From the NCBI GenBank assembly GCA_963809485.1, contig CAWEJX010000012.1, positions 96,001 to 160,000 of the forward strand: a stretch of DNA of 64,000 bases. The letters are read 5' to 3'. The notes under the pieces were generated by a model. That model saw only the letters and a program-made list of their open reading frames with translations. It was not told where the DNA came from and did no database searches. This DNA is from an uncultured Acidobacteriota bacterium. Lineage in GTDB: Bacteria; Acidobacteriota; UBA6911. Positions 51,883 to 62,658 of this stretch are shown piece after piece; position 1 is the stretch's first letter, and every line of letters starts with the position of its first letter. Made by a program: the position numbers and the translations under genes.

Positions 51883-52147
51883 CCCGTCCATCGATAGCAC
51901 AATGCCTTGAAAGCTTTCGCAAAACCAACGGACCCAAAAACAGATTTTGGGAATTCCGAATGACGAATTCAAAGACTCCCGAAATCGTTAGCGATCAAAA
52001 TAGGCCCGTGCCTTTCCGTTGCCGAAAGCAACACCCTATTTCAAAATCGGGGATTTGCTCAGATAAAACCGCACTCTAAGCGTCGGCTTGCAGGGGAGTA
52101 CGTCTCCCCATATCAACACCAGTATAGGAGGCGAAAGGAGATCAGGC

Positions 52148-54141
52148 ATGAAGAATAAAAAGAGCATCGTCATTTCAGGTGTCCTTATATTTCTCCTGGG
52201 CTTATCCTCCTTTGTCGCCGGTACGGTACCCGAAACATACGGGAACAAAGTAAAGGCGGGAGAGTTTGTCGTCGAGCCTCCAACGCTCATTTGCCTGGGG
52301 TTTGAATGGCATATCGACGGCGATGATAACCGTAATGCCACCGTGGATGTCCATTATCGTAAAAAGGGAGATACGGCCTGGAAACAGGCACAGCCGCTTT
52401 TGCGCCTCCAACGTGAGCAGGCAGGCGGGGACGCAACAATTCAAGATTATGTGATTCCAAACATGTTTGCCGGAAGCATATTGGATCTGGAACCTGATAC
52501 CGAGTATGAATGCAAGTTTCAGCATGAACGATCCGGACGGCGTAATTGGAACCAGGCAGAAAATCGTGTCTGTACGCACACGTCCCGAACCGAAACCTTT
52601 TGCGGGCGGAAAGACCTTGCACGTGTATCCTGCCGAGTATAAAGGTTCCAAAGAAAAGCCGGCCTTTGTAGGATTGAAATCGGCGTATGAAGAGGCTGAG
52701 CCAGGCGATATTATCCTGGTGCATGCCGGCCTTTACCAAAGCGACCGCACCAAATATCTGGACTATCTGAGAAAGGGGGTCGGATCAGACGTATTTGGAA
52801 CATCCAGGCTTACGAAGAGCGGAACAGCCGAAAAGCCCATTGCGATCAAGGGTGCAGGGGATGGCGAGGCCATTTTCGATGGCAATGCCTGCTCTCTCTT
52901 TTTCGATGTCATGGGCGCGAATTATCTATACTTCGAGGGGCTTACCTTCCGCAACGCCGATGTCGCTTTCCTCACGGGTTTGAAGAACGTGGCTGGCTGC
53001 AGCGGATTGACAATTAAGAAATGCCGTTTTGAGAATGTGGCCGAGGCCATCAGGGGAACCTATCAAGGGTCAAAAAACTATTACATTGCCGATAACGTGA
53101 TCATCGGCCGGAACAACCCAACAAGGCTGCTTGGCATGATCAGCAGAGAGGTTCGATATGACACTCAACCCGGCTTCCCCCCCTCGGTAGGCGGCCCGAA
53201 CGGATCCAACAATGCAATCACCGTCGCAGGGCAGGGCCACGTTGTATGTTACAACTATGTTGCAAATTTCTTCGACGGAATAGACACGAATCAATCATCC
53301 GGTGCACCGGCGGAAGGACAGGTATTGTTGCCGCCTATCGCGATCGACTTCTACAACAATTATATTTCCAATATGTCCGACAATTGTTTCGAAACGGATT
53401 GCTCTACGCACAACGTCCGCGTGATGCGCAACATGTGCATCAACAACGCCCATGGCACCTTGAGCTCACAGCCCGTCTATGGTGGACCGGTATACTGGAT
53501 ACGCAATATCGTTTACCATGCTCCCGATCGAGGAGCTCTAAAGATGTATGCAAGACCGGCAGGTGTGATCTTCTATCACAATACGTTCTGTGCCGAAGCC
53601 ATTGTTGGGCAACCCTCTGGATTGGGAGCTTCGAACATACACTTCCGCAACAACCTCATTCTTGGAGAGAATCCCGAATCCATGGTTAACTATCTTCCCA
53701 AGGATTTCAGGGGAATTTTCCTTATGGACACCTATACTTCCTATTCCACTGCCGATTATGACGGATTTCGTCCAAATGAGGGGCACGACATGCAGTTCGC
53801 CTGGAACTCACCGGCCGGCGGTGCACGGATCGATTACAAAAATCCACGGGAGGTGCATGTATTTAAAACTCTTAAAGAGCTTTGCGCAGCCACGGGCCAG
53901 GAATGTCATGGGATATTAGTGGATTACGATATATTCCAGAATGTAAAAAAAGCGGATATGGCCAACTTCAGCAAAATTTACGATGCTAAAGACATGGATT
54001 TTCGCCTTAAGCCCGGATTCTGTAGCGGTTGACGCCGGATGCATCCTCCCCAACATCAACGACGGTTTTACCGGAAAAGCTCCGGACCTCGGGGCATTGG
54101 AAGTCGGGCAGCCCGTGCCTATCTATGGGCCGCGGCCGTGA
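52148..54141 (+). CDS. Secreted FnIII + beta-helix protein, two frameshifts (~52522, ~54018)
   Basis: Fragments align with 41072-43087 through APDLGALE...GPRP*. Confidence 0.82.
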
Positions 54142-54221
54142 TGTTCTGAACCAACAACTGTGAAAGATTGATCCGAATCCATTGGAAGGCTTCCGCGAAA
54201 GCAAATAGAGAGGAGGAATCT

Positions 54222-55799
54222 ATGAAAGCCAAAAAACAAAAACGGAATCTCACAAGGAGAGATTTTCTGACAACGGCAGCCGTCAGTGCAGGCGCAACCG
54301 CCCTGGTTGGGGTCGGTCCGGAAGAAGCCGGAGCCGTCCAACAAAGCGATGTCCGAAAATGGGACTACGAGGCGGGGATCGTTATCCTGGGCATGGGCGG
54401 AGCGGGCCTTACCTCAGCTATAACGGCTCACGATCAGGGAGCCGACGTGCTCATGCTCGAGAAGGCGTCGGAAGCTCACGCCGGAGGCAACACCAGGGTA
54501 TCCATGCAGGGGGTTTGGTGTCCCCCAAACCTGGAGGAAGCCCTTACCTATCACAGAGCGCTCAATGGCCGATATCCGGTTCCCGATGAAGTGTTTCATT
54601 CCTATCATGAATACACTACAAAGAGCTTCGAATGGCTGAAAAAAATCGCCGACGGCAAGGTCAACCAGCAACTCAGCACCGGCAAGGGAGAGTACCCCGA
54701 GTTCCCTGGAGCAATGAGCAGCTACATCTGTTCGTCCAAAGAAGGATATGGATACCAGAGGCTTTGGAAGGTGCTCAAGGGCAACGTCGACAAGAGAAAA
54801 ATAAAGATCCTGTATGAAACGCCCGGAGTTGATCTGGTCCAGGATTCCAGGACCCGGGAAATCCGCGGTGTAGTCGCGCAGAGGCAGGGCAAAAAGATCT
54901 ATGTCAAAGCCAAAAAGGCTGTGATCCTGTGCACCGGCGGGTTCGAAAACAATCAGGAGATGATCCGTGATTACCTTCTGCTGCCCTGCGGATATCCGCT
55001 TGGCAGCCCATACAACACCGGAGACGGGATAAGGATGAGCCAAGCCGTAGGCGCCGATCTGTGGCACATGGCTAACATGTGTGGGGTTTCACTCAGCTTT
55101 AGAGCCCCGGGTAACGGCTGGGCCTTTGGCGCCGGATTTTCCATGCCCTCCGGCGGATATATCTTTGTTGCCAGTGACGCGACGAGGTTTGTGAACGAAA
55201 ACCAACCCTCCAGGCACGGCAAGGTGGCCTACCACGGCACCTATGTTCATCTTCCCCTGCCTTTGCCCATACACGCAGTCTTTGATGAAAATGGGAGAAA
55301 GGGCGGCCCGCTTTATCAGACTGAGGAATACTGGTGTTGGTATGCCGTGATTGAAAAGTATAAGTGGAGCGCGGACAGCAGCGCTGAATTGGAAAAGGGC
55401 TGGATCCTTAAGGGCGATACCATAAGGGAGTTGGCCGCAAAAATGGGCAAGGACCCGGATACTTTGGAAAAGACTGTAGCCAAATGGAATCAGTCTTGCG
55501 CGGCAGGGAGCGATTCAGAATTCGGCCGGCCGGCTAAAAGAATGGCTCCCATCAAAAATCCGCCCTACTATGCCATGGAACTGGTGCCCGCCTTCACCAA
55601 TACATTGGGAGGCCCCCGGCACAATCAGCATGCTCAGGTGTTGGACACAAACCGGAAGCCAATCCCGAGACTGTACTCTGCCGGAGAACTGGGTTCCATA
55701 TTCAGTTATCACTACCAGGGAGCCGGAAACTTTGGGGAGTGTGTGGCTTTCGGACGAATCGCCGGTGAACGCGCTTCTGCTGAGAAGCCATGGTCTTAG
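54222..55799 (+). CDS. Tat-exported FAD-dependent oxidoreductase
   Basis: TRRDFL; paralog of 34953-36548; RBS AGGAGG. Confidence 0.9.
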   Translation: MKAKKQKRNLTRRDFLTTAAVSAGATALVGVGPEEAGAVQQSDVRKWDYEAGIVILGMGGAGLTSAITAHDQGADVLMLEKASEAHAGGNTRVSMQGVWCPPNLEEALTYHRALNGRYPVPDEVFHSYHEYTTKSFEWLKKIADGKVNQQLSTGKGEYPEFPGAMSSYICSSKEGYGYQRLWKVLKGNVDKRKIKILYETPGVDLVQDSRTREIRGVVAQRQGKKIYVKAKKAVILCTGGFENNQEMIRDYLLLPCGYPLGSPYNTGDGIRMSQAVGADLWHMANMCGVSLSFRAPGNGWAFGAGFSMPSGGYIFVASDATRFVNENQPSRHGKVAYHGTYVHLPLPLPIHAVFDENGRKGGPLYQTEEYWCWYAVIEKYKWSADSSAELEKGWILKGDTIRELAAKMGKDPDTLEKTVAKWNQSCAAGSDSEFGRPAKRMAPIKNPPYYAMELVPAFTNTLGGPRHNQHAQVLDTNRKPIPRLYSAGELGSIFSYHYQGAGNFGECVAFGRIAGERASAEKPWS

Positions 55800-55856
55800 C
55801 CTTGCCGCGCTCTGTGGCGCTTAAGTGCTATTTACCGGCAGAATGACCCTGCGGTA

Positions 55857-58295
55857 TTGGAAGCGAAGAATCTTTTTGGGAGAACGAAATGGCAGAAAAC
55901 TATCAGCCATGGACTTGGCAAATACCCGAATCCGACGAGAGTATTCAAAAGCAACATGATCCCCCGCCAGGATGCCTATGAGAGGGTGAGCGGCCATGCC
56001 GTTTACACAAGAGACGTTTATCTTCCCGGAATGCTTTACGCGAAGATCCTCACGTCGCCTTACGCTCATGCAAAAATTGTAAGCATGGATACAAGCAGAG
56101 CCGAGGCGCTCATCGGGGTACGGGATATACTCAAATACGAAGACCCGGACGTTGCGAATGAAAATAATACCGGGACCAGTCCAAGCAATGTTCTTGCTCT
56201 TCCCGGCATCAGTGACTTTTACAACCATCCCATGGGAGTTGCGGTGGTCGCTGACACTGAGGAACTGTGCGACCGGGCGCTGCGGCTGATCAAGATGGAA
56301 TGGGAGGAGCGGCCGTTCATCCTGGATATGGAGGAATCACTGAAACCGGATGCTCCAAAGATTTGGAGCGAGGTAGTGCGCGTACGGGAAACGGCAAAGG
56401 GACCTAACGGCCTCGGAACTCGTGAGGAGGAAATCGGTGACGTGCAGAAGGGTTTCGCCGAGGCAGACAAAATCGTGGAGTACACCATTAAAAGGGCGGC
56501 GAATTCGCCGGCGGGTGTCGAGGCCATGGCTTGTGTGGCCCAATGGAGGGGAGAATTCCTGGATATTTGGGTGCATCACCAGAATAACCCGCAATCGAGT
56601 CTCAGTTCTTCCCCCGGCGGGAGGTCTGGCGCTGTTAGAGGAAGGAAGCCGAATCCTGGCTTTACGCACTGGTCCAAGATAACAGTCACATTACCCTACC
56701 AGGGCTCCTGGTTCGGGGGGCTGTCCTGGATCGGTTATTCCGATTTGTTTGTCCGCCTCGCCGTCATACTGGCGAAGAGGGCGGCCGGGAAACCGGTGAA
56801 GCTGCTGTATGACGAAAGTCAGTTCTATCTCAACGGCGAAGAAACCGGCAGCTATAGATGCAAAGTGGGCGCCAAAAAGGATGGCACCATCACGGCCTGC
56901 CATTGGCACATGATCGGGACGAGGAATCCCGGCGTTGATAAGACTCCTGAGTGCACGGGTATACCCAATATCCGAGGCACCATGGAGGCGGCGTGCACCA
57001 ATATGGGCCACATCAGTTGTTTCCGGGATGGTACTTCAGCAAGCATCGGCCACCAGGTTATGTTTGATCGGGTGGCTGCTGAGTTCGGCCTCGATCCGAC
57101 CGAGGTGGCGCTGAAGAACGATGGTTGCCACGGACACTACTGGGATTGGGTCACGCAATACCAGAAAGACAATGGTTTCCCCCAAAGGTGGAGCCTTAAA
57201 GAGGTCCTTGAAAAGGGCAAGAAGGCCATTGACTGGGACCGGAAATGGCACGCGCCCGGAACCAAAAGGCTTGCCAATGGGAAGATGCACGGTATGGGAT
57301 TCATGTCCATTAATGAATGGGCATGCAATGCAGGCAGCAGGCTGGCGTGTTTGATGCTTCGCGACGGCAAAGTCGCCATCGTAGGGATGCGATGCGATCC
57401 GGGAATTGACTCGATATCCGGTTTCCGCCAGTGCGTGGCCGCGGCGATGGGACTGAAATATGAAGATACGGTTGTTCACCAACATCGATCCGACAACAGC
57501 ATGTACCGCTTTTCCAATCCAGGCGGTTCCCAGGGCACGATCACGACCGTTCCTCAATTGATAATTGCCGCCAGGGAGCTAAAACAAAGGATCCTGCAAG
57601 CTGCCATAACGCCTCGGCCCGGCTTCATGATGCGTCCTGCGCAGCCCGCTATGTTCCCGGGCAAAAAGACCGAGGACCTCGATATCAAAGACAGCATGGT
57701 ATTCGAGAAAGCAAATCCAAGTAACAAGAAGCCGGTGATCGAGGTGATGGGCCCCTCATCCGACAGCGACAATTCGGGCATCGTTCATCCCGTTGCCGGC
57801 ACGGTATCGGGATTGACTTCAGACGGGAAGCCGGATCCGACGAACTACATCATGAGCCGGCAAGCCCACTTCATAGAGGTAGAAGTGGATACCGAAACCG
57901 GGCAGGTTGAGATCACCAATGCGGTCTGCGTCAACGACATTGGCCATTGCTTTAATCCTGCAGGCGCCATGGGACAACAGTATGGCGGCGCCGTCATGGC
58001 CTTTGGCCGAAGCGCAACCGAAGAGAAGGTGTTCTGCCCGAACTCCGGAGTGGGGCTTAACTATGATCATATGAACTACCACATTGGAACCATGAATGAC
58101 TTTGCGCCCGTCCAATGCATCCTAAACGAGAGTCATCTGGGATATTCTGCGTACGGCGCGTACGGGATTGGGGAAAACATCGGCGCCAGCCTTTCCGGAA
58201 TCACTTCTTCCGCCATATACAACGCAATAGGCAAATGGGTCCTTGACTTTCCAACGACTCCGGAAAAAGTGCTCAAAGCCCTGGGCAAAATATAA
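55857..58295 (+). CDS. XDH-family Mo-binding subunit (start uncertain)
   Basis: RVSGHAVYTRD, SPYAHAKI, IEVEVDTETG, GIGE, AIYNAIG. Confidence 0.9.
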   Translation: MEAKNLFGRTKWQKTISHGLGKYPNPTRVFKSNMIPRQDAYERVSGHAVYTRDVYLPGMLYAKILTSPYAHAKIVSMDTSRAEALIGVRDILKYEDPDVANENNTGTSPSNVLALPGISDFYNHPMGVAVVADTEELCDRALRLIKMEWEERPFILDMEESLKPDAPKIWSEVVRVRETAKGPNGLGTREEEIGDVQKGFAEADKIVEYTIKRAANSPAGVEAMACVAQWRGEFLDIWVHHQNNPQSSLSSSPGGRSGAVRGRKPNPGFTHWSKITVTLPYQGSWFGGLSWIGYSDLFVRLAVILAKRAAGKPVKLLYDESQFYLNGEETGSYRCKVGAKKDGTITACHWHMIGTRNPGVDKTPECTGIPNIRGTMEAACTNMGHISCFRDGTSASIGHQVMFDRVAAEFGLDPTEVALKNDGCHGHYWDWVTQYQKDNGFPQRWSLKEVLEKGKKAIDWDRKWHAPGTKRLANGKMHGMGFMSINEWACNAGSRLACLMLRDGKVAIVGMRCDPGIDSISGFRQCVAAAMGLKYEDTVVHQHRSDNSMYRFSNPGGSQGTITTVPQLIIAARELKQRILQAAITPRPGFMMRPAQPAMFPGKKTEDLDIKDSMVFEKANPSNKKPVIEVMGPSSDSDNSGIVHPVAGTVSGLTSDGKPDPTNYIMSRQAHFIEVEVDTETGQVEITNAVCVNDIGHCFNPAGAMGQQYGGAVMAFGRSATEEKVFCPNSGVGLNYDHMNYHIGTMNDFAPVQCILNESHLGYSAYGAYGIGENIGASLSGITSSAIYNAIGKWVLDFPTTPEKVLKALGKI

Positions 58296-58363
58296 TAGAA
58301 GAAGCTCTGGGAAAACCTGGAAGAAACTTGTGACCGCGGGGCGAGGTTTCGCGACAGAAACTA

Positions 58364-58597
58364 GTCAGGCACCTCCGGCAAAGCCGGAGGTTTGAAAGAT
58401 TGGGACCGATCAAAGCGGTTGGAGGAATTACGCTGGTCTTGAACGCTGACTTACGCGGGCAAAAGCCGATGAGGCGCTCGCCGACCCTCGCCGAACAAAT
58501 CGACGTTTGTCAGCGCTTTTGTCAGCGTATCTCAGCGTTTCAAAATACGGAGCTGTCAAACTCTATGAGTCCCCCGGCAGAGCCGTGAGTTTTACAA
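58364..58597 (+). mobile_element. IS200/IS605-like palindromic element, copy D
   Basis: Both ends present; lies between convergent genes. Confidence 0.75.
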
Positions 58598-58602
58598 TAG
58601 AA

Positions 58603-60264
58603 TTATCTCCCGGCCTTGGTCAGGGTCGCGCCCGTTATCTTTTTCGTAACATGGGCACCTTCTCCGTAATCCCATATCATGGAATACCCCGGCACACCGC
58701 CGGTCACGGCGATGGAAATATTCTTCTCCGGTACTCCGGTTTTTTGGGCAAACCAAGCCTGCAAATCCTTTCTGTTGGTAAAGGATGTTTTCAGCCCTTG
58801 GGCGGCTTCCGGATGAAACCAAAGCCAATAACTGTTGTAAATAGCACCACTGGTATGAGTCATTTCTTTAACCATACCATCCAAAATTGACTGCTCTGTC
58901 CAGGTATCAACTGCTCCACCCCCAACCTTTTGGCCCGAAGCTCCAATGTAGGAGCCGACCTTGGTCACCGTCACAGCGCTGTCTCCCTTCGCAAAACCCT
59001 GGCTCATACTATACGGCTCCCACGGGTTCATCTCCTCATTTTCGGCAAAGGTGTAAAAGGTATGCGCCGACGGCCGGCCGGTCAGGGCCATGTCGTTCAC
59101 TACCGGCCAAGTGTGGCCGATATTGCGTGTTGCCAATCGAACGGATCGCCCAATCGTACTATTGGCTCGCCAGCAATCGCCCAAAAAACCAATCCCGGAA
59201 TTCATGTTGATTTCCTTAGCTATGGGACCGTTCACCATAATGATGAGAGTAAAACCACCCGAAGAACCCATCATGTGCCAGAATCCCATGCTCCACTGTC
59301 CTCCCGCCGAAATAGCCTCCATGGCCGCGATGATCACTGGAAGGTACTCCGGCTTCGCCCCTGCCATCACCGCATTGATAGCAATCTTTTCAATAGTGGC
59401 GATGCCAAATTTCATGGGAATTTTTCCTATTACTTCGCTGGGAGAACGGCTCGTTCCTTTGAGCATCTTGGCAACAGCCTCTCTGGTAGGGGGTACCAGA
59501 GGCAGTCCATCGCTCATCTGGTTATCGAGAAACGACTGGTTGAATTTTTCCTCAGCGTCCGCATAATTGGCGCCAGTAATGCGGATAGGGGGGTAGTCGA
59601 CTGCGGTTTTTTGCTGAGGCTTGGCCTCCTCTTGTGTTAGGGGGGTCGTCAGAGCCTTAACAATGGGATCCAAAGCGGCTTCAGCAAGCGGTCTTACCTC
59701 TTTTACAGTTCCCCGATTCCGGTACCATTTATCGGAAGGTATTGTTACTATCCGGATGTTGGGCATCGACCAATCAGCAGCAGCTGATTTGGCATCTGCA
59801 AGGAATTGCGAGCTGACCAGAAATACTCCAGGCGCTCCATACTTTTCCATCTGCATAGTGCGGCGGGAACCCCACCACGTGCAGGTCCCTCAGTCTCCTA
59901 TGGCAAAAATAAAAGCATCACACTCCTTTGCTATCTTTTGAAACTCTTCTTCCCTTGGATCTGCTGTTGATCCCGCCTTATATTGCGTTAAAATAGTTGC
60001 GGTTGGGTATTTCTGCTTCAGCAGTTCTTCCAGTGCGGTAATTAGATTTCTCACACCAGATTTGCCGTTATTCAGCAAAGCAACCTTCTTACCGGCCAGA
60101 TCAGGAATACGAGGCGTCAGTCCTATGGTTTTCGCCGGCTCAATCACGCCCATGGGGTTGAGCAACTCCAAAGAGACCTTTTCGCTCGCCGGTCTGGCCG
60201 AACGCCCGCCCAGAAATAAACCGGCGGCAAGCAGCAAAGAAACCGACAGCAGTTTATTTTTCAT
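58603..60264 (-). CDS. UGSC-family selenoprotein (553 aa), predicted Sec at TGA 59892-59890, motif GD-U-GT-C
   Basis: In-frame ORFs with an open interval UGTCTWWGSRRTMQMEK; signal peptide. Confidence 0.9.
59851..59884 (-). promoter_or_regulatory. Putative bacterial SECIS
   Basis: CUGCA/UGCAG lower stem; GUGGUGGG-GUU-CCCGCCGC upper stem; loop 19 nt after UGA. Confidence 0.72.
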
Positions 60265-60340
60265 TCTCTGATCTCCCAATTTTGTTAAGGTTGGATTCCA
60301 ATTCTCCAAATTATTTATTCGGGATAGGTGCACACTTAGG

Positions 60341-60465
60341 CTAGCGCAGGCAGGACATCAGCCGGCTTTGGATGCTTCACCGCAGCTCCAGCCAACTCGC
60401 AGCGCCGTGGCCTTATAGTCGCCCTTAATCGTCGGCCTGACAGATCGCGCCTCGCCGTTCCATTC
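60341..60465 (-). pseudogene. Eroded 3' end of an XDH FAD-subunit gene
   Basis: Fragments GEAR(IC), YKATA, AGAAV, ...CA*; CTAGCGCAGG resembles the intact gene end CTAAGCGCAGG. Confidence 0.35.
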
Positions 60466-60527
60466 CGGGACAAAGAGCGGCGAGGCCGCGATTGAGTGTC
60501 CCGCTATCGGCACATCTATGCTCGAAA

Positions 60528-62183
60528 TTATCGCCCGGCTTTAGTCATGGTTGCGCCCGTGATCTTTTTTGTGACATGGGCAACCGTCTCGTAGCTCCAC
60601 AACAGGGAATAACCCGGCACACCGCCGGCCACGGTAATGGAAAAATTCTTTTCCGGTATGCCGGTCTTTTGAGCAAACCAACCCTGTACATCCTTGCTGG
60701 TTTTATAGCCCATTTTTGCTAAACCTTGAGCACATTCCGGATGAAACCATACCAGATAGCTTCCTCTGCCTTTGCCGATCGATTTAACCATACCGTCCAA
60801 AATCCCCTGCTCCGTCCAGATAGCGACCGCTCCACCTCCAAACATATTGGCTCCGGATCCACCATAGGAGCCGACCTTGGTCACCGTCACTGTACTGTCC
60901 CCCTTGGCAAAACCCTGGCTTACCTGATAGGGGTCCCAGGGGCTCATCTCTTCATTTTCGGCAAAGGTGTAAAAGGTATGCGGCGACGTCCGCCCGGTCA
61001 GGGCCATGTCGTTCTCCGCCGGCCACGTGTGGCCGATATTGCGCGTCGCCAATCGAACGGACCGTCCAATGGTATTGTTGGCACGCCAGCAATCGCCCAG
61101 GTAACCAATCCCGGAATTCATGTTGATTTCCTTGGCTATAGGACCGTTCACCTGAATGGCAAGAGTAAAGGCACCCGCCGATCCCATCATGTGCCAGAAT
61201 CCCATCCCGGTATACCCTGGCGCCACAAATGCCTCCATCGCCGCGATTACCACCGGAAGGTACTCCGGCTTTGCTCCGGCCATCACCGCGTTGATCGCAA
61301 TCTTTTCAATAGTGGCCGTGCCGGATTTCATGGGGATTTTGCCTATCACTTCGCCCGGAGAACGACTCGTCCCTTTGAGCATCCGGGCAACGGCTTCCCT
61401 GGTCGGGGGCACCAGAGGCAATCCATCGCCCATCTTGTTTTCCAGAAACGACGCGTTGAACTTTTCCACCGCGTCCTCATAACTATCGCCCGTAATGCGA
61501 ACGGGCGGGTATTCGACTGCGGATCTTGTCTGAGGCTTGGCCTCCTCAGCCGTAAGAGGCTTCGTCAGTGCGTCCACAATGGGATTAAAAGCGTCTTCAA
61601 CGAGGGGTCTTAACTCTTGTACCGTTCCCCGAAGCCTGTACCACTTTTCGGAAGGAAATGTTACCATCCGCATGTTGGGCATCAACCAATCAACAGCGGC
61701 TGATTTTGCGTCCTTCAGGAAATTCGAGCTGACCAGAAGTACTCCAGGCGCTCCATACTTTTCCATCTGCATTGTGCGGCGGGCACCCCACCACGTGCAG
61801 GTCCCTCAGTCTCCCATCGCATATACAAAGGCATCGCATCCCTTCGCGATCGACTGAAAATGTTCTTCCTGTGCCTGTGCCTGTATTCCCGGGTTAAATC
61901 CTCGCTGAATAGTTACGCCCGGATACTTCTGCTTCAGCATTTCTTCCAGTATGTCGAATAGCTGGGGCACACCCGGTTTGATGTTATGCACCAGAGCAAT
62001 CTTCTTACCAGAATAATCCGAAAGACGAGGCCTCAGTGCTAAATATGGCTCAGGCTCAATCATGCCCATGGGATTGAGCAGCTCCAAAGTAACCTTTTCG
62101 TTCGCCGGTTTGGCCGTCGAAAATCCGCAAAAAACCAAAGCGGCAGCTAGCAATAAAGAAATCGCTACCAGTTTATTTTTCAT
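60528..62183 (-). CDS. UGSC-family selenoprotein (551 aa), predicted Sec at TGA 61808-61806, motif GD-U-GT-C
   Basis: In-frame ORFs with an open interval UGTCTWWGARRTMQMEK; tandem paralog of 58603-60264. Confidence 0.9.
61767..61800 (-). promoter_or_regulatory. Putative bacterial SECIS
   Basis: Same stems as 59851-59884; differences fall only in the loop (GUG) and internal loop (ACAA). Confidence 0.72.
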
Positions 62184-62244
62184 TCTTTGATCTCCCAATT
62201 CGTTTTGATGTTGATTCCGCTTTCGAACAAATGCTGACTCCGAT

Positions 62245-62533
62245 TAATTACATTGGTAAATCCCCGGCTCTGCCGGGGGACTCAAAGAGTTTGACAGCTC
62301 CGTATTTTGAAACGCTGAGAAACGCTGATAAAAGCGCTGACAAACGCCGATTTGTTCGGCGAGGGTCGGCGAGCAAAAGCCGATGAGGCGCTCCGCGCTG
62401 GCCCCAGCGGGGATCGGAAGCGCCTCATCGGCTTTTGTCCGCGTAAGTCAGCGTTCAAGACCGGCATAACTCCTCCAACCGTTTTGAGCGGTTCCAATCT
62501 TTCAAGCCTCCGTCTATGCCGGAGGTACCTGAC
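62245..62533 (-). mobile_element. IS200/IS605-like palindromic element, copy E (inverted)
   Basis: Reverse complement of copy A, including the ACCAATGTAATTA end and a shorter internal inverted repeat. Confidence 0.75.
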
Positions 62534-62645
62534 TCGCTCCTTCCATTAAGGACGCTTTTTCTCTTGCTCCATCCTCAAGCTATGGGTTAAGGCTCCTATC
62601 TTGAGAATGCCCTTTTCTTCTTTCGAATTTCTTTACGGTCTTCAT
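62534..62645 (-). pseudogene. Deleted/truncated FAD subunit gene
   Basis: MKTVKKF joined directly to KEEKGILKIGAL, then cut at element E. Confidence 0.7.
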
Positions 62646-62658
62646 TTTGTCCAAGCTG

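Noticed and set aside
23753-61808. UGA reassigned genome-wide to Trp or Gly (genetic code 4/25)
   Set aside because: TGA is a real stop elsewhere: beta-helix paralogs end GPRP-TAA (43087) versus GPRP-TGA (49186, 54141). Trp is TGG throughout.
23753-61808. In-frame TGAs as sequencing errors or pseudogene lesions
   Set aside because: The same codon occurs at the same aligned column in five divergent paralogs, each with xxC and a hairpin.
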